From positions 23,728,999 through 23,792,998 of the forward strand of contig NC_057749.1 of assembly GCF_004010195.1 (NCBI RefSeq): DNA of 64,000 bases. The letters run 5' to 3'. The DNA is from Chiloscyllium plagiosum (Eukaryota). The notes under the pieces were generated by a model. That model was not told the origin of the DNA. It made no database searches and worked only from the letters and a program-made list of their open reading frames with translations. The position numbers and the translations under genes are program-made. Shown here piece after piece: positions 61,052-64,000 of the stretch. Positions within the stretch are counted from its first letter, which is position 1. Every line of letters starts with the position of its first letter.

Positions 61052-61260
61052 TGACTTGGAGATGCCGGTGTTGGACTGGGGTGTACAAAGTTAAAAATCA
61101 CACAACACCAGGTTATAATCTGACAGGTTTAATTGGAAGCACTAGCTTTCGGAGCAACGCTCCTTCATCAGGTGGTTGCTGATGAAGGAGCAGCGCTCTG
61201 AAAGCTAGTGCTTCCAATTAAACCTGTTGGACTATAACCTGATGTTGTGTGATTTGTAAC
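61052..61260. mobile_element. Palindromic PLE mini-element with two divergent hammerheads
   Basis: Arms gttaaaaatcacacaacaccagg..ccttcatcag and ctgatgaagg..cctgatgttgtgtgatttgtaac, separated by gtggttg. Confidence 0.9.
61140..61174 (-). ncRNA. Minimal hammerhead ribozyme motif, intact core
   Basis: Minus strand CAC-CTGATGA-A-GGAGC gtt GCTCC-GAAA-GCTA-GTG. Stem I is CAC/GTG, helix III is the palindrome AGCT, and the cleavage triplet is CUA. Confidence 0.75.
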
Positions 61261-61696
61261 CTTATTCTGATGTATGAGATGTGCAAAGTGGTCTGGCAGC
61301 AGTATTGAGATGTAAGGTGTCGGTGTGCTCCATAGTACAGTATTAAACTGTATTACAAGTGAGACCGAGCTGTGCCCTGGTGATGTGGTGACGCTGGTGC
61401 TTTTCCAATATCAGCATCTGTGGAAAGAGGGTTCAAGTGGTTGCTGCCCGTTCACAGGGTCCAGGGGTCTTGAGGCACAATGGCCAAGGTGGATGCCCAG
61501 AGAAAATGCCAGCGAGGACTTCCAGTTTCTTTTCCTGTGATGAGCTTAACTGGGGTAAAGGCTGCAGAGAATGAGAGAGAGAGAGAGAGAATATGTGTGT
61601 GTCTGTGTTCCTGTGTATGTTTATATGCGTGTGTGTGTCTCCGTGGGTATGTTTGAGGGGTGGTGGGTCCCTGCCCAGCAGCCACAACTCATCTTT

Positions 61697-62002
61697 TAGA
61701 TTACATTACAGTGTGGAAACAGGCCCTTCGGCCCAACAAGTCCACACCAACCCGCCGAAGCGCAACCCACCCATACCCCTACATTTACCCCTTACCTAAC
61801 ACTACGGCAATTTAGCATGGCCAATTCACCTGACCTGCACATCTTTGGACTGTGGGAGGAAACCGGAGCACCCGGAGGAAACCCACGCAGCCACGGGGAG
61901 AACGTGCAAACTCCACACAGTCAGTCGCCTGAGGCGGGAATTGAACCCGGGTCTCTGGCGCTGTGAGGCAGCAGTGCTAACCACTGTGCCACCGTGCCGC
62001 CC
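61697..62002 (-). mobile_element. HE1-type V-SINE, young CpG-rich copy
   Basis: Complete head, V domain and tail with most CpGs retained. Confidence 0.95.
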
Positions 62003-62414
62003 GTCCCGATTAAATCTTCCTTCCCCAGCTCCAAACTCACCTCCATGGTGGGCATTAAACTTTGCCCAGTAGCTACTGTCTTGGATGCAGGAACTTTCTG
62101 CTCACCCTGATAAATGTGAAGTGTGTGACCCATTAAACAGAGGCACTGGAGTAGTCGACAACAAGGTGGCGATGTAGAGCTGGGTGATCATCACCAGGAG
62201 TATGGAAACTGATGTTGGTGTTTTCAGAGCATGTCGTTGAGGGACAGCAGGTTGACGGAGATGTGCTGCCACTGAAGGTGGTCTTGAATTATGTATAGCT
62301 TCTTAAGGGGCTCCAAAAGAAACAGCGCAGGATCAGCAAGAGTAGATATTGCAAATGCTTAGATAACGCAGTTGGCGGCTTCCTGTTACTGTCCAGTTAA
62401 GCTAAAATGCATTT

Positions 62415-62845
62415 ACTTGTTCAGCTATACCCTGGCAAGCTTCACTTTATAAACATACTGTGACAAAGTTTCCATGTACAGTTATACAGTGAAAAACGTC
62501 CTTACACAGTTATCCCCGTCAAACGTCCTTGTACAGATAGACTCTGACAAACTTTCTTCTGCAGTTAAACTCTGTCAAACCTTCTTGTTCACCAAGTAAT
62601 TTATAATCAACCCATTCAGAGATATTATTTCACACCTCTGGAGCAAGTGGGAGAGGGGTGTGGTGGGGTGGGGTGAAGTACTTCAACTGTGCCATCCTTG
62701 CTCAGAGGGAGGGACACTACCACTGCAGCACAAGCACCCTCCTTGTTCAATTGTAGCCTGACAAACTGCCTTATATAGTTATTCCCTAACAAACACTTTG
62801 TTCAGTTATATCCTGACAAACAGCCTTGTTCAGTTATACCCTGAG
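62415..62845. repeat. Degenerate ~28 bp minisatellite (ccttgtwcagttatacyctgacaaac), interrupted by a short SINE
   Basis: About 10 units on both sides of the tRNA-like insert at ~62600-62738. Confidence 0.8.
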
Positions 62846-64000
62846 ATCTCACCAGGAAGGATCCCAATGAAGTTGGAATGGAGAAACATTTGTGGAATTC
62901 AAGAATATTCTCATTTACCTTCAATTTAAGCTTGCAATTTGACTTCCCAAAACTGAGTGTGTTTTTGCTGAACCTCTCTGCTCAGGTTTACTAAATTTCT
63001 ATCTATTCACTTCTTTCCTCAACCTCATCCTCATCACATGAGAGTAGTCTCTTTCCCTCTGACTGGGTATAAATCTCTACATTTTCTGCTCCTCATTTTT
63101 TTTTAACTTTCTTCAAGATATTGCAGCAAGCTTCCTTCCAATTCCTCCCCAGATTCCCAACTTGATCCCAATGGGATAAAATCTTGATGCATGGAGTGGA
63201 AATTAGCTACAGGATGAAACCACCTTGCTGTCTCTCCTGGTTTTAGACAATCTGAGTAGTTTGCAGAGGCTACTAGAAAGAACTTTTTTTTAGAAAGAAC
63301 TATCCTTTTTACAATTCAGTATCACAACCTCTCTCTTTAAGTTTAAAGACTGGTACTGGACCCACATGGGAATTTCTTTTCCCAAGTTATACATGTGAAT
63401 ATTAATTTTAAACAGTTCTATAAAACTAATAGTCTGCAAACTATTTATATCAACAAGAGACTTATCCACCAGCAAAATTTATTCAAAATCTGACTGGATG
63501 ATTTTTCGTCCATTTTTGGTCTTGTAAATGTTTCCTGAACAGCATTGCTTATTTGTCAAATCAGGTCATGGTGACTTTCTGATCATGGGCAGGACTGTTT
63601 TATGAGTTACTATATCCTAACCTAAGATGATTACTTTGATTTAATGCAGTGCAAGTAATTGTCACGTCAGGATGTGTGCAGGTTTTGTTCTGATGATTTT
63701 CAAATCCCCAACCTGTGATGACTTGAGAATATCTCATTCTCTTTCAGAATGTTCATCCAATTATCATTTATCTCTGAAGCTCTCTGTGTTCACAGTGTGG
63801 ATCTTTACAGTTTCAATTAATATGGCAAACTGGTGAAATTTGAAATTGCTATTCTTAATTTAAATATGTTCTTCTGATGGCTATAAATTCAGATACATGT
63901 GAAACATATGTAGAGCTATATAGAAAATGAAGTATGTATTCAGCATATATATTAATCTATAGATATGCAAATATAATAGACATTTTAAAAAAAAATCACA

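Noticed and set aside
10969..62133. Recurrent ORFs such as VAQWLALLPHSARDPG and DCGRKPEHPEETHAD
   Set aside because: These are translations of HE1 SINE copies, not a gene family.
62415..62845. Regularly spaced ~28 bp repeats
   Set aside because: Head-to-tail degenerate units without unique spacers, i.e. an ordinary minisatellite.

Overview
This is repeat-dense vertebrate DNA, almost certainly from a cartilaginous fish (shark). The inference rests on about 20 copies of an HE1-type V-SINE plus abundant CR1-type LINEs. I found no intact protein-coding gene; nearly all long ORFs in the track are fragments of retroelements. Content: CR1 LINE fragments (one retaining ORF1 esterase, APE and RT remnants at about 42.8-47.1 kb), an L2/CR1-group LINE with a SINE sharing its 3' tail, RTE, Rex1/Babar and Tx1 fragments, solo LTRs, a TA-flanked MITE, minisatellites and two assembly gaps. 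The most distinctive structure is a large set of Penelope-like element (PLE) pieces from at least four families. Many are short inverted-repeat units inserted as one event with 12-16 bp target duplications, each arm carrying a minimal hammerhead ribozyme, and several catalytic cores look intact. Unique DNA contains a CCAAT/AP-1/CTCF-like cluster at about 1.3 kb and scattered minus-strand exon-like pieces that may belong to a decayed or unrecognised gene. I cannot support a claim of a wholly new biological system. Repeat boundaries are approximate, read by eye.
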